Shown: positions 45,982 through 54,491 of the stretch, one piece after another | How positions within the stretch are numbered: position 1 is the first letter of the stretch | How the letters are laid out: each line of letters starts with the position of its first letter | Program-made: the position numbers and the translations under genes | Assembly: GCA_003228685.1 (NCBI GenBank) | Contig: QIFC01000096.1 | Span: 49,309-113,308 of the forward strand | Reading direction: 5' to 3' | From: Chloroflexota bacterium | Lineage (GTDB): Bacteria; Chloroflexota; Dehalococcoidia; DSTF01; RBG-16-68-14 | Length of the DNA: 64,000 nucleotides | The notes under the pieces: generated by a model | What the model saw: only the letters and a program-made list of their open reading frames with translations | Databases searched by the model: none | What the model was told of the DNA's origin: nothing

Positions 45982-46006
45982 AGTGATCGAAGGACGTTGA
46001 GCGCCT

Positions 46007-46456
46007 ATGATGAGGACGATGAAGACGAGAGTAGAGATCTCCGCCGGAGGAGTGATGTATCGAGGTACGGCTGGCGGCCCCGAAGTCTGCCTGATCCAGA
46101 CTCAAGGTGGCAAGGCTTGGCAACTCCCCAAAGGTATCGTCGAGCGTGGGGAGGAGACCGCCGAAGCCGCGATGCGGGAGGTCTCCGAGGAAACCGGCCT
46201 ATACGGCGACCTGATCCAGAGCCTTGACAAGATCGAGTACTGGTACGTGTGGAACGAAGACGCCGGTCCCGTTCGCGTACATAAGTGGGTCTACTTTTAC
46301 CTGTTGCGCTATACGAAAGGGGATACGCGCGATCACGACCACGAGGTTGACGACGCAGTCTGGTTCCCGATAGAAGAAGCGCAGTCACTCTTGTCGTTCG
46401 ATAGCGAGCAGAAGGTGCTGCGGCAGGCGGGTGAAGCGCTGGCGGCCGAACGCTAG
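46007..46456 (+). CDS. NUDIX hydrolase
   Basis: Nudix box GIVERGEETAEAAMREVSEETGL. Confidence 0.85.
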   Translation: MMRTMKTRVEISAGGVMYRGTAGGPEVCLIQTQGGKAWQLPKGIVERGEETAEAAMREVSEETGLYGDLIQSLDKIEYWYVWNEDAGPVRVHKWVYFYLLRYTKGDTRDHDHEVDDAVWFPIEEAQSLLSFDSEQKVLRQAGEALAAER

Positions 46457-46830
46457 TCGGCTGGCGCGTCTTCGAGCAGCGGCTCCCCGTTGCCCTCCAC
46501 GGCCGCCTTGAGGTTGGCTAAGCCGACGACGAGGCCCATTTCGTAGTTGATGTCTGATCTCCCGAATGTGATCATCTGAAAGACCGCATATCTCAGCCCT
46601 TCTGGATGCATCGTCGCGACCACTTCCGTGTGGTCGTCTCGTGGAATTAGCCGGTAGGAGATGTGTGCTTCAATGCCGTCTTGGAACTTGACGCGAAGCG
46701 CCAGGTACTCGTTGATGATCGATTCCTCGACTTCATAGACATCTTCTTCCGCCAGGTTGATCTCCCTGGTGAGCGCGTCCCAGATCTTCGGGGGCTCGGC
46801 GTTAATGGCGAATGCCTTTTCGACGGCCAT
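46453..46830 (-). CDS. SRPBCC (polyketide cyclase/START-like) family protein
   Basis: 125 aa. INAEPPKIWDALTREINLAE is the typical N-terminus of the AHSA1/SRPBCC fold. Confidence 0.55.
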   Translation of the reverse strand: MAVEKAFAINAEPPKIWDALTREINLAEEDVYEVEESIINEYLALRVKFQDGIEAHISYRLIPRDDHTEVVATMHPEGLRYAVFQMITFGRSDINYEMGLVVGLANLKAAVEGNGEPLLEDAPAD

Positions 46831-46868
46831 ATTGCATTATAGCCACCGGGAGATGCGGACTCCTCGTG

Positions 46869-47132
46869 TTAGGCGTCGTTGGGGGTGTCGCAGCAGCCCC
46901 GGCGACGGAGGCCTTGCGTGATTACGTCCAGGCCGTGGAGCGCTTGATCGCGTTCGCCCTCAAGGTCCTTGATCCGCCGCTGCAAGGTGTGGAGCATCGT
47001 CTCTCGTTCGCTGCAGAGCGTCTCAAGCTGCTCGTAGCTGAGGTGATCTTCATCCCTATACGGGTGCATGACAACAACTTGAACGTCCCTTATGGCGAGA
47101 CGTTTCTCCCGTATCCGCGCCAAACCCAGCAC
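46869..47132 (-). CDS. Small hypothetical coiled-coil protein (87 aa)
   Basis: Third-position GC bias favours this minus-strand frame over the overlapping plus-strand ORF 46812..47147. Confidence 0.3.
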   Translation of the reverse strand: MLGLARIREKRLAIRDVQVVVMHPYRDEDHLSYEQLETLCSERETMLHTLQRRIKDLEGERDQALHGLDVITQGLRRRGCCDTPNDA

Positions 47133-47455
47133 TCAGCTGCTAGCTAGTGACCTATGGCTGGGAATTAGGGCGTTCCCTGACGGTTTGTCGCTCAAGTTCT
47201 GCGGTTATTGGCCGAGAAGCCCCTGACAGCCCGCGACAGGATGTCGCCGGTGAGAGCCATGGCGCAGGAGGCGCCAAGCTAAGAGTGAAGCTCATCGTCA
47301 CTGACTCCACCACAACGAAGAACGTCGCATCGCCGAGGTGGTCGAAGAGATCCTGCGGCCGGTGCTCGACGTCATCTCAGTCGAAGGGGCGATGCCGATA
47401 GGCGGGGCGGCCATGGTCAACAGAATCGAGAACGTACCTGCGAGGAGGGACAATC

Positions 47456-48334
47456 ATGTCGCTTAGCAATCTGCAGAATAGTATCGTAGGCATCATGGGG
47501 CTCGGAGTCGTCGGCGACGGCGTCCAGCACTACTTCGAGCGAGCGGAGCAGGAGATCAGAGTCTACGATCCGAATCGCGGGCTCGGCTCCGTCGAGTCGA
47601 TCAATGAAGCGGACGTGGTCTTCATCTGTGTGCCGACGCCATATCTGCCGGAGCGGGGCTTCGACGACAGCGCGCTAGAAAACGCGATCAGCCTGTTGGA
47701 GGGCTCCAAGATCGTCGTCATCAAGTCGACCGTTCTGCCAGGCACGACCGAGGCGTATCAGACCCGCTACTCGCAGCACCATCTGCTCTTCAACCCGGAG
47801 TTCCTCCGCGAGGCGCACGCCCGCATCGATTTCCTGCGGCCGGATCGTCAGATCATCGGTTACACGGCGCAGACCCGTCACCTGGCAGACGCCGTCTTGA
47901 CGATGCTTCCGGCAGCTCCATACATGGAAGTCATGGGCGCGCGCGAGGCGGAGATGGCCAAGTATATGACGAATGCGTTCCTGGCACTCAAGGTCACATT
48001 CGCGAACGAGATCTTCGATCTCTGCACCTCCCTGGACGTTGAGTATGAGAAAGTGCGAGAGGCCGTCACAGCCGACCTGCGCATTGGCGATTCACATTTG
48101 AACGTGAATGATGGCGGCTATCGGGGATATGGCGGGAAGTGCTTTCCGAAGGATACGAAGGCCCTCCTGGAACTAGGGGAGCGCATGCAGGTGCCGTTGC
48201 GGCTGCTGCGCACGGCCGACCGGATTAACGATTCGCTCTTGCCACCCAGCACCGAGCCGCCCGTGCTGAGGTTGCTGCCTGTCACGGCCCGCGAAGAGGC
48301 AGAGCCTGAGACGTTGGACGGCCAGGCTGCGTAA
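47456..48334 (+). CDS. UDP-glucose/GDP-mannose dehydrogenase-family protein, short form lacking the C-terminal UDP-binding domain
   Basis: N-terminal Rossmann IVGIMGLGVVG. Catalytic Cys motif GGKCFPKD. Ends at 292 aa, whereas family members run to about 430. Confidence 0.7.
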   Translation: MSLSNLQNSIVGIMGLGVVGDGVQHYFERAEQEIRVYDPNRGLGSVESINEADVVFICVPTPYLPERGFDDSALENAISLLEGSKIVVIKSTVLPGTTEAYQTRYSQHHLLFNPEFLREAHARIDFLRPDRQIIGYTAQTRHLADAVLTMLPAAPYMEVMGAREAEMAKYMTNAFLALKVTFANEIFDLCTSLDVEYEKVREAVTADLRIGDSHLNVNDGGYRGYGGKCFPKDTKALLELGERMQVPLRLLRTADRINDSLLPPSTEPPVLRLLPVTAREEAEPETLDGQAA

Positions 48335-48391
48335 CCTGGCGGTGGCCGCGTAGGGCCGTCGGATCTTGACGCTGATCTGGGTGCTTGGCTG

Positions 48392-48423
48392 GCGGGCGGA
48401 GCACATAGTGCACTCCGCCCGCC
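48392..48423. terminator. GC-rich hairpin (GCGGGCGGAG...CTCCGCCCGC, 10-bp stem plus inner CAC/GTG) between convergent genes
   Basis: Perfect inverted repeat read in the sequence, lying between the stop of 47456..48334 and the stop of 48484..49476. Confidence 0.4.
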
Positions 48424-48483
48424 GTAGGTCTCCCTTCCAAACAAGCGGGGAAAGCAGCGTCAGCTATGAGCCGCGCCGGCCTA

Positions 48484-49476
48484 TCATGAGACTGGCGTTT
48501 CGACCGTGGCGCGCGGCGTGCGGTTCGTCCACCAGCGCGCGCCGATCGCGAGCGCTACCAGCGGCGGCACCAGCCACCACGAGAACGCCACGACGACGAG
48601 CGCGCCGATGGCGATGCCGCTCAGCACCGTGAGCGATGCTTGCCATGCGTTCTCGAAGGCTTCTGCTGGCGTCAGGCTACCGCCACTGGCAGGAGGCTCC
48701 GCAGCGAGAGCTACGGGGCTGAGATTCACCGTGATCGTTGCAAGGTCTGTGAGGTTGTCGAGCAGGTTGATGCGTCCGATGACTTGCTCGATCTGGCCAC
48801 GGACGAAGTCGAGCCGGTCCTGCACCACGAGGATGTCGTTGATCGTCACCGCCTGAGCCAGCAGTTCAAGGTAGCGCTGCTCTGTAGCCTCAAGCGTCCG
48901 CAGGCGCGCCTGCAGGTCGGTGAACTCTTCCGTCACGTCGTTGGCATCAGAGCTTTCCTGGCTTACAGTGCCCATGCCGCGGATGTCTGCCAGCACGCTC
49001 TGGTACTGCGTGCCGGGGACGCGGATCGTCACGCTGGCGAATTGCTTGTCGTCGATGTTGGAGAATGAAGAGCTGGCGACGAAGCCGCCGGCCGTCTCCG
49101 CGATGCGGATGATTTCCTGGAAGCTGCGGCCAACGCCGTTCTCACCTTCGAGTCCCAGATCCACCGACGAACTCTGGATGATCTTGCGGTCCAGAACGTT
49201 ACCGAGTTGTGGGCTGACGGGCGGCGCTAGGTCTTCGGACCCCACCTCGCTGTCTGCGGCGTAGTTGGAAAATTGGTCGCTGCTCGGGGCCTCCGCCGCG
49301 AGTCCAGAACGCTCGTCGCCTTGCGAGAGTGAGAGCCGTTCACTGTCGCCCTCGGCTCCGCTGAGAATGCTCGCGTTGTCGTCACCGCCACCGCCCGGGA
49401 GTGCGCTGCCGCACGCCACCGCGAGCACTAGTAGGACGGCTAGCGCGCCTATCAGGATAAATCGAACTCTGGTCAT
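48484..49476 (-). CDS. DUF4349 domain lipoprotein
   Basis: Lipoprotein signal LLVLAVACGS. The Gly/Ser/Asp-rich region followed by ...TIRVPGTQYQSVLADIRGMG...LQARLRTLEATEQRYLELLAQA matches DUF4349 architecture, which is commonly adjacent to ECF sigma/anti-sigma pairs. Confidence 0.65.
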   Translation of the reverse strand: MTRVRFILIGALAVLLVLAVACGSALPGGGGDDNASILSGAEGDSERLSLSQGDERSGLAAEAPSSDQFSNYAADSEVGSEDLAPPVSPQLGNVLDRKIIQSSSVDLGLEGENGVGRSFQEIIRIAETAGGFVASSSFSNIDDKQFASVTIRVPGTQYQSVLADIRGMGTVSQESSDANDVTEEFTDLQARLRTLEATEQRYLELLAQAVTINDILVVQDRLDFVRGQIEQVIGRINLLDNLTDLATITVNLSPVALAAEPPASGGSLTPAEAFENAWQASLTVLSGIAIGALVVVAFSWWLVPPLVALAIGARWWTNRTPRATVETPVS

Positions 49477-49566
49477 GGTCTGTGCCTCCTCCTCGATGCT
49501 GCGTTGGTGGCTAGACGTTGCGGGGCCTCGATTTGTTCCCGCCTATCTGTGGAGCCTAGAATGGCG

Positions 49567-50182
49567 CGTGTCTAAGCGGCCAGAGGTAGATGAAGAGTTG
49601 GTGGATCGCGTCCGCCAAGGTGACCTGGACGCGTTCAACCAGATCGTCGCCATCTTCCAAGACAGGATCTACAATCTCTGCCTGCGCATGCTCGGATCGC
49701 CTCAAGCCGCCGAAGACGCCGCGCAGGATACTTTCGTGTCCGCGTATCGGAACGCGGGCAAACTACGAGGCGCGAACGTACGCTCCTGGCTCTTTCGCAT
49801 CGCATCCAACACCTGCATTGATGAGGTGCGAAAGCGCCAACGCCGGCCCGTCATCTCGTTGGATCGTCCCTCTTCAGACGATGACGCTCGTCCAGTAGAC
49901 GTTCCGGACGAGGATCCCGGACCAGAAAAGCGGACGCTGCAGGGCGAACTGCACAGTGCCGTCCAGGAAGCGCTTCTCGATCTTCCTGGCGATCAGCGGC
50001 TCGCGGTGACGCTTTGCGATTTAGAGGGTTTCCAGTATGAAGAGATCGCGGATGCTATGGGGACGTCAGTTGGTACTGTGAAGTCGAGGATCAGCCGTGG
50101 TCGCGCCCGCCTGCGGGAGGCGATCCGAGAGCGGCCGGAACTCTTTGCGCAGTATCTACGTCCTATAAGTGAAGGTGGTTGA
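49567..50182 (+). CDS. RNA polymerase ECF-type sigma-70 factor
   Basis: Region 2 FNQIVAIFQDRIYNLCLRMLGSPQAAEDAAQDTFVSAYRN. Region 4 QRLAVTLCDLEGFQYEEIADAMGTSVGTVKSRISRGRARL. Start is probably the in-frame GTG at 49567, because the first in-frame ATG would truncate region 2. Confidence 0.85.
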
Positions 50183-50202
50183 GAAGATGAAGGGAAACGA
50201 TC

Positions 50203-50988
50203 GTGCCGTTCTGGCGAAATAGACACGCGGTACGCGCCGAAGAGCTAGGCGCATTCGTCGACGGCGAGCTTGACGACATCGAGTCCCGCCGCGTCGAACG
50301 TCACGTCGAGTCGTGCGCGCCCTGCAGCGAGGCGGTAGCCGAGCTGCGCGCGGTCAGCCGTGCCGTGAGCGAACTCCCCGACGTTCCAGCGCCGCGTTCG
50401 TTCGCGTTGCGCCAGACCGACGTGCTTCCAGCGCCCGCGAGCGGAGGGATGGGGCTGTTCGGCAGCCTCCAGCCCCTCCTCAGCGGCGTCGCGGCGATTG
50501 CCATCATCACCTTCGTTGTACTGGCCGGCGTAGACATTAGCTCCGATTCATCTCAGGACGACAACTCGAGCGCAGCGGTCCTCGCTGACGACATCGAGTC
50601 GCAACAACTATCAGAGGCTGAGCGTCGCGGGGTTGCTGATGGCGATGTTGCACCCGAGGCAGGCGACGAGTACGCGCCGCCGCAAGATGCGGACGCGTTC
50701 GGTAGTGGCGGGACTCCCCAAGACGATTCGGAGTCTTCCGCCGGCGAATACGCAGAGGAGCCTGTTGCTCCCGAGCCGGGCGTTTCACCAGGAGAGATCA
50801 CGGAAGACCCGCAGGCACGCGTTCCAGCTCCAGGAGACCGAGAGACCACCAGTGCGGCGCCGCTTGCGGACGATGACGGAGACGGTACCGGCCTGCGCGT
50901 CGCTGAGGGCGCCGCGGCGGCGGTCGCGATCGTCGCTGGAGGGTCCGTGTTACTCATTTGGTGGCGGCGCCGGTCTAACGTCGTCTGA
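50203..50988 (+). CDS. Anti-sigma factor (zinc-finger HxxxCxxC, single TM, acidic extracytoplasmic tail)
   Basis: HVESCAPCSEAV motif, TM segment LLSGVAAIAIITFVVLAGV, and a second C-terminal TM. Immediately downstream of the ECF sigma gene. Confidence 0.6.
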   Translation: MPFWRNRHAVRAEELGAFVDGELDDIESRRVERHVESCAPCSEAVAELRAVSRAVSELPDVPAPRSFALRQTDVLPAPASGGMGLFGSLQPLLSGVAAIAIITFVVLAGVDISSDSSQDDNSSAAVLADDIESQQLSEAERRGVADGDVAPEAGDEYAPPQDADAFGSGGTPQDDSESSAGEYAEEPVAPEPGVSPGEITEDPQARVPAPGDRETTSAAPLADDDGDGTGLRVAEGAAAAVAIVAGGSVLLIWWRRRSNVV

Positions 50989-51053
50989 TCCTGCCCGCTG
51001 CTGTGCTACTATTCCAGGCGCATATCCGCGTGTCGCCATAGCTGGGAGTACGT

Positions 51054-51860
51054 ATGTCAGACAGTCAATACGAACACATCCTCTATGAGAAAAGGGGCCG
51101 CGTCGCGGTCGTCACTCTGAATCGCCCCAAGAAACTCAATGCTTGGACAGGGCTGATGGAGGTCGAATTCATCGACGCCGTGAGCAAGACGGCGGCCGAT
51201 GACGGCCTCAGCGTGCTGCTGCTCACCGGCGAAGGCCGTGGCTTCTGCGCCGGCGCCGACATCAGCGGCTGGGCCGAGGAATTCGCGACGCCTCAGGAGC
51301 GCCCTCCGGCCTCGCCGATGCTCGCCCGCGATGGCAGCCCGGAAGTGCCGATCGCGCTCAGCCGCGGTAAGCCCGCGATCGCGGCCATCAACGGTCCGGC
51401 GATCGGCATTGGCCTGACGGTGACGCTGGCATGTGACATCCGGCTCGCGTCTGATCGGGCAACGTTCTCGGCTCGTTTCGTCAAGATCGGCCTCACGCCG
51501 GAATGTGGCAGCACCCGCTACCTCCCCCTCGTCGCGGGCTTTAGCAACGCGCTCTTCCTAGCGTTGACGGGACGGATCATCGAAGCGCAGGAAGCGAAGG
51601 ATCGCGGACTGGTCGACCGCATCGTGCCTCACGACTCGCTCATCGACGAGGCGATGGCGCTGGCAGAAGAGATCGCCGCGAATCCAATGAATTCTGTCTG
51701 GGCTGCGAAGCGCTTGATCCATGAGGACGCGGTCGAGGATGATCTGCGCCGCGTGGTTACGCAGGAAGTCAACATGATCCGCGAGCAGCGCCGGCTCCCG
51801 GCTCACGCGGAAGCGGTCAGCGCGTTCCAAGAGAAGCGCGAGCCTCGATTCCATGGCTAA
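51054..51860 (+). CDS. Enoyl-CoA hydratase/isomerase (crotonase) family protein
   Basis: RVAVVTLNRPKKLNAW, ...GEGRGFCAGADI, ...AAINGPAIGIGLTVTLACDIRLASD. Confidence 0.9.
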   Translation: MSDSQYEHILYEKRGRVAVVTLNRPKKLNAWTGLMEVEFIDAVSKTAADDGLSVLLLTGEGRGFCAGADISGWAEEFATPQERPPASPMLARDGSPEVPIALSRGKPAIAAINGPAIGIGLTVTLACDIRLASDRATFSARFVKIGLTPECGSTRYLPLVAGFSNALFLALTGRIIEAQEAKDRGLVDRIVPHDSLIDEAMALAEEIAANPMNSVWAAKRLIHEDAVEDDLRRVVTQEVNMIREQRRLPAHAEAVSAFQEKREPRFHG

Positions 51861-52860
51861 CGCAATGAAGCGTTGGGGCCTGACGTTCCCACTCGACGGC
51901 GTGTCGTTGTCAGCGCACAAGGAGTTCCTTACGCAGGCCGAGTCACTTGGCTACACAGATGCCTGGACCATGGAGGTCGATGGCATCGACCCGTTCGTGC
52001 CGGCCGCCCTCGGCCTCTCGTGGACGGAGCGGCTGCGCTTCGGCACCGCCATCGCGAATGTGTTCGTGCGTGGGCCCGCAACAATGGCGCAGGCAGCGGC
52101 CGGCGTGAACGAAGTGGCAGGCGGCCGTTTCGTGTTGGGGATCGGCGCTAGCTCGCCGGCAATCGTCGAGAACTGGAATGGTATCGGCTTTCGGAAGCCG
52201 TATACGCGCGTCCAGGAGACGCTGGCGTTCTTGCGTGCCGCCTTCACCGGAGAGCGCACGAGCAGCGAGACCCTGGGCGTGCGTGGCTTTCGGATGCGGC
52301 GCCGGTTCGCCGATGCTCCGCCGATCTTCGTCGGCGCTCTGCAGGAGAAGATGCTTGCGCTCGCCGGCAGCGCGGCCGATGGCGTGATCATCAACTGGCT
52401 GGCGCCCTACGACGTTCCGAAAGTCGTCGCGATCGCAAAGGAGGCGGCCCAGCAGGCGGGTCGCGACCCCGATGCCCTGGAAGTTGTCTGCCGTATCTTC
52501 GTGATCCCGACGGAAGATGAGAACGTCTCGCGCTTTATCGCCCGCCGCTCGATCGCAGGCTACTTCACGACACCCGTCTACGGCGCATTCCATCGCTGGT
52601 TGGGCCGGGAAGAGTCGCTTGGCCCGATGCAGCAGGCGTGGGACGCCGGGGACCGCCAGAAGGCGACGGAGCTGGTGCCAGACGAGGTGATCGATGGCGT
52701 ATTTGTCATGGGCAGTCGCCAGGCCTGCCTCGATCAAATCGAGGAGTACTGCAAGAACGGCGTCACGGTGCCTGTGTTGAACTTCATTCCCACCGCAACT
52801 GATCCAGGCGAGTTGCCCGACTTACATCTGAAAACAATGCGGGAGCTGGCGCGACCGTAG
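51853..52860 (+). CDS. LLM-class (luciferase-like) flavin/F420-dependent oxidoreductase
   Basis: GLTFPLDGVSLSAHKEFLTQAESLGYTDAWTMEV...RFVLGIGASSP. 8-bp overlap with the crotonase gene. Confidence 0.85.
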   Translation: MANAMKRWGLTFPLDGVSLSAHKEFLTQAESLGYTDAWTMEVDGIDPFVPAALGLSWTERLRFGTAIANVFVRGPATMAQAAAGVNEVAGGRFVLGIGASSPAIVENWNGIGFRKPYTRVQETLAFLRAAFTGERTSSETLGVRGFRMRRRFADAPPIFVGALQEKMLALAGSAADGVIINWLAPYDVPKVVAIAKEAAQQAGRDPDALEVVCRIFVIPTEDENVSRFIARRSIAGYFTTPVYGAFHRWLGREESLGPMQQAWDAGDRQKATELVPDEVIDGVFVMGSRQACLDQIEEYCKNGVTVPVLNFIPTATDPGELPDLHLKTMRELARP

Positions 52861-52921
52861 GCCATATGGCACGTTGTCGTGGCGTGGCCGACCTGGGATA
52901 ATTGGTCTAGTGCTAACTATC

Positions 52922-53272
52922 ATGACTCGTCTCAGACGGCACTGGCGCGCGGCGCTGCAGGCAGGTTCGCTGCTGCTGCTGCTCGCGTTCTTGCCGTCGA
53001 CCGGCTACGCGGGCCACTGGGGCGAGTTCACAGACTATGCCATGGGCAGAACTGGCCATGAGCGCCCCGCTGACCCGGATCACGCGAGCCATGCGTCGCA
53101 TTGTCATGGAACCGCGTCGTGCTCGGAGCGGCCGCAACCTGTTGGCGTTCGCATCTCTCCGACAGTGATCGAACTGCCTCTGCCGTCGCTCACCGACCAG
53201 GTCGTCGAAGATGAGATCTCTATTGTTCACGAGTTCTTCCTCACGCCGCCCACGGAACCGCCAAGGCTCTAG
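52922..53272 (+). CDS. Small secreted His/Cys-rich protein, putative metal (copper) binding. The ORF extends to 52874.
   Basis: Signal peptide MTRLRRHWRAALQAGSLLLLLAFLPSTGYA. Mature N-terminus GHWGEF..., then HERPADPDHASHASHCHGTASC. Sits at the head of the CopC/CopD cluster. Confidence 0.4.
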   Translation: MTRLRRHWRAALQAGSLLLLLAFLPSTGYAGHWGEFTDYAMGRTGHERPADPDHASHASHCHGTASCSERPQPVGVRISPTVIELPLPSLTDQVVEDEISIVHEFFLTPPTEPPRL

Positions 53273-53326
53273 ATACTCTCGTTCACCCGAAACAACGCAG
53301 AGAATCTAGAACCAAAGGAGGTTCTT

Positions 53327-53812
53327 GTGAACAGGCCCATACTTCTCCTATTCGGAGCATTGCTGATCATCGCTGGCGGGTTGGCTATCGCGTGCTCCCG
53401 CGACACAGATGACATTGAAGCCCGCATCGACGCTCTGGAGCGGCAGGCGGGAGCCAGTAACGACATCGCGGCGCTACAGCAGCAGGTGGAGCAGGCAAAC
53501 ATGGTGGCGACGCTCAACTTGCTGAACGACGTTGGTTTCCACGAGCTGAACGAAACAATAGCTGTGGATGAGATCGCGCCCGCCGGCACGGTAGGGACGA
53601 TCCGCACGGCCTTCCGCGCCGTCGCCGCGACCGCATGGCCGAACGACCTCGATGCGGACGCCTCCGGCTTTCAGGCGAAGTTAGATGGTTTCCTCGACTC
53701 GCTCCTCGCGGACGAAACGGGTGCTGCCCTCGTGGACATGTCACTGGTAGCCCACGACGGCTATCACGACTTCACCGACCTTGGGTGGACCTATCTTGCC
53801 GGCTTCGGGTAG
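53327..53812 (+). CDS. Hypothetical lipoprotein
   Basis: Lipobox LAIAC. No recognisable catalytic motif. Sits between the His-rich protein and CopC. Confidence 0.5.
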   Translation: MNRPILLLFGALLIIAGGLAIACSRDTDDIEARIDALERQAGASNDIAALQQQVEQANMVATLNLLNDVGFHELNETIAVDEIAPAGTVGTIRTAFRAVAATAWPNDLDADASGFQAKLDGFLDSLLADETGAALVDMSLVAHDGYHDFTDLGWTYLAGFG

Positions 53813-53851
53813 CCGAATAGGATGAGATATTTAGGAGAGGAGGGCTCGACC

Positions 53852-54487
53852 ATGATGCGTAAGCTCCAGATAGTAGTCGCGCTCGGTTTCGCTTTGGCTG
53901 CGGCGCTGCTTCTGGTGGCGACCGTGTTCTCTCATGCCGGATACGACAGCTCGGAGCCCGGACGTAACGAGATCGTGCCGGAGGCTCCGGAGCGCGTCGA
54001 CGTCTTCTTCACGCAGGACGTAGTGAAGAGGGAAGGCGCATATTACGTGCGCGTTTTCGATGAGACGGAAACGCAAGTGAGCGACGGCGACGGCGTGGTC
54101 GACGACGATAACCGTAGACACAGCTACACCGATCTCCCTGCGAACCTTGGCCAGGGCAGGTACATCGTCGAATGGATGACGATGTCCGATGAGGACGGGG
54201 AAGCCGACGATGGCGCCTTCTGCTTCTACATTGGCGTGGAGCCCACGGCGGACCAAGAAGCCGAGTGCGCTGCGTTCGATGATGAGGCGCCGCCGGCTCC
54301 CACGGAGCGCGTGGATCAACCGACCGACTCCGCCGACGACCCTACTCCCACTGTCATGGCGTCGTCTGACGGCGATGACGACGAGGGTGGCTCCAATACG
54401 GGCTTGATCGTCGCAATCGTAGTGGCCGTCGCAGTGATCGCCGCGGTTGTAATCGGCGGGCTGGTCTGGAGCAGCCGCCGAGAGTAG
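53852..54487 (+). CDS. CopC-family copper resistance protein with C-terminal membrane anchor
   Basis: Mature N-terminus after the signal is HAGYDSSEPG (CopC His-1 brace). ...YIVEWMTMSDEDGEADDGAF. C-terminal TM IVAIVVAVAVIAAVVIGGLV. Start at ATG 53852, preceded by GGAGG. The ORF extends to 53822. Confidence 0.7.
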   Translation: MMRKLQIVVALGFALAAALLLVATVFSHAGYDSSEPGRNEIVPEAPERVDVFFTQDVVKREGAYYVRVFDETETQVSDGDGVVDDDNRRHSYTDLPANLGQGRYIVEWMTMSDEDGEADDGAFCFYIGVEPTADQEAECAAFDDEAPPAPTERVDQPTDSADDPTPTVMASSDGDDDEGGSNTGLIVAIVVAVAVIAAVVIGGLVWSSRRE

Positions 54488-54491
54488 CCGA

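Noticed and set aside
45412-46227. 271-aa plus-strand ORF spanning the DUF3090-like gene, the tandem-repeat promoter and the NUDIX start
   Set aside because: It crosses an obvious divergent promoter and two well-supported genes. Composition is Ser/Arg-rich.
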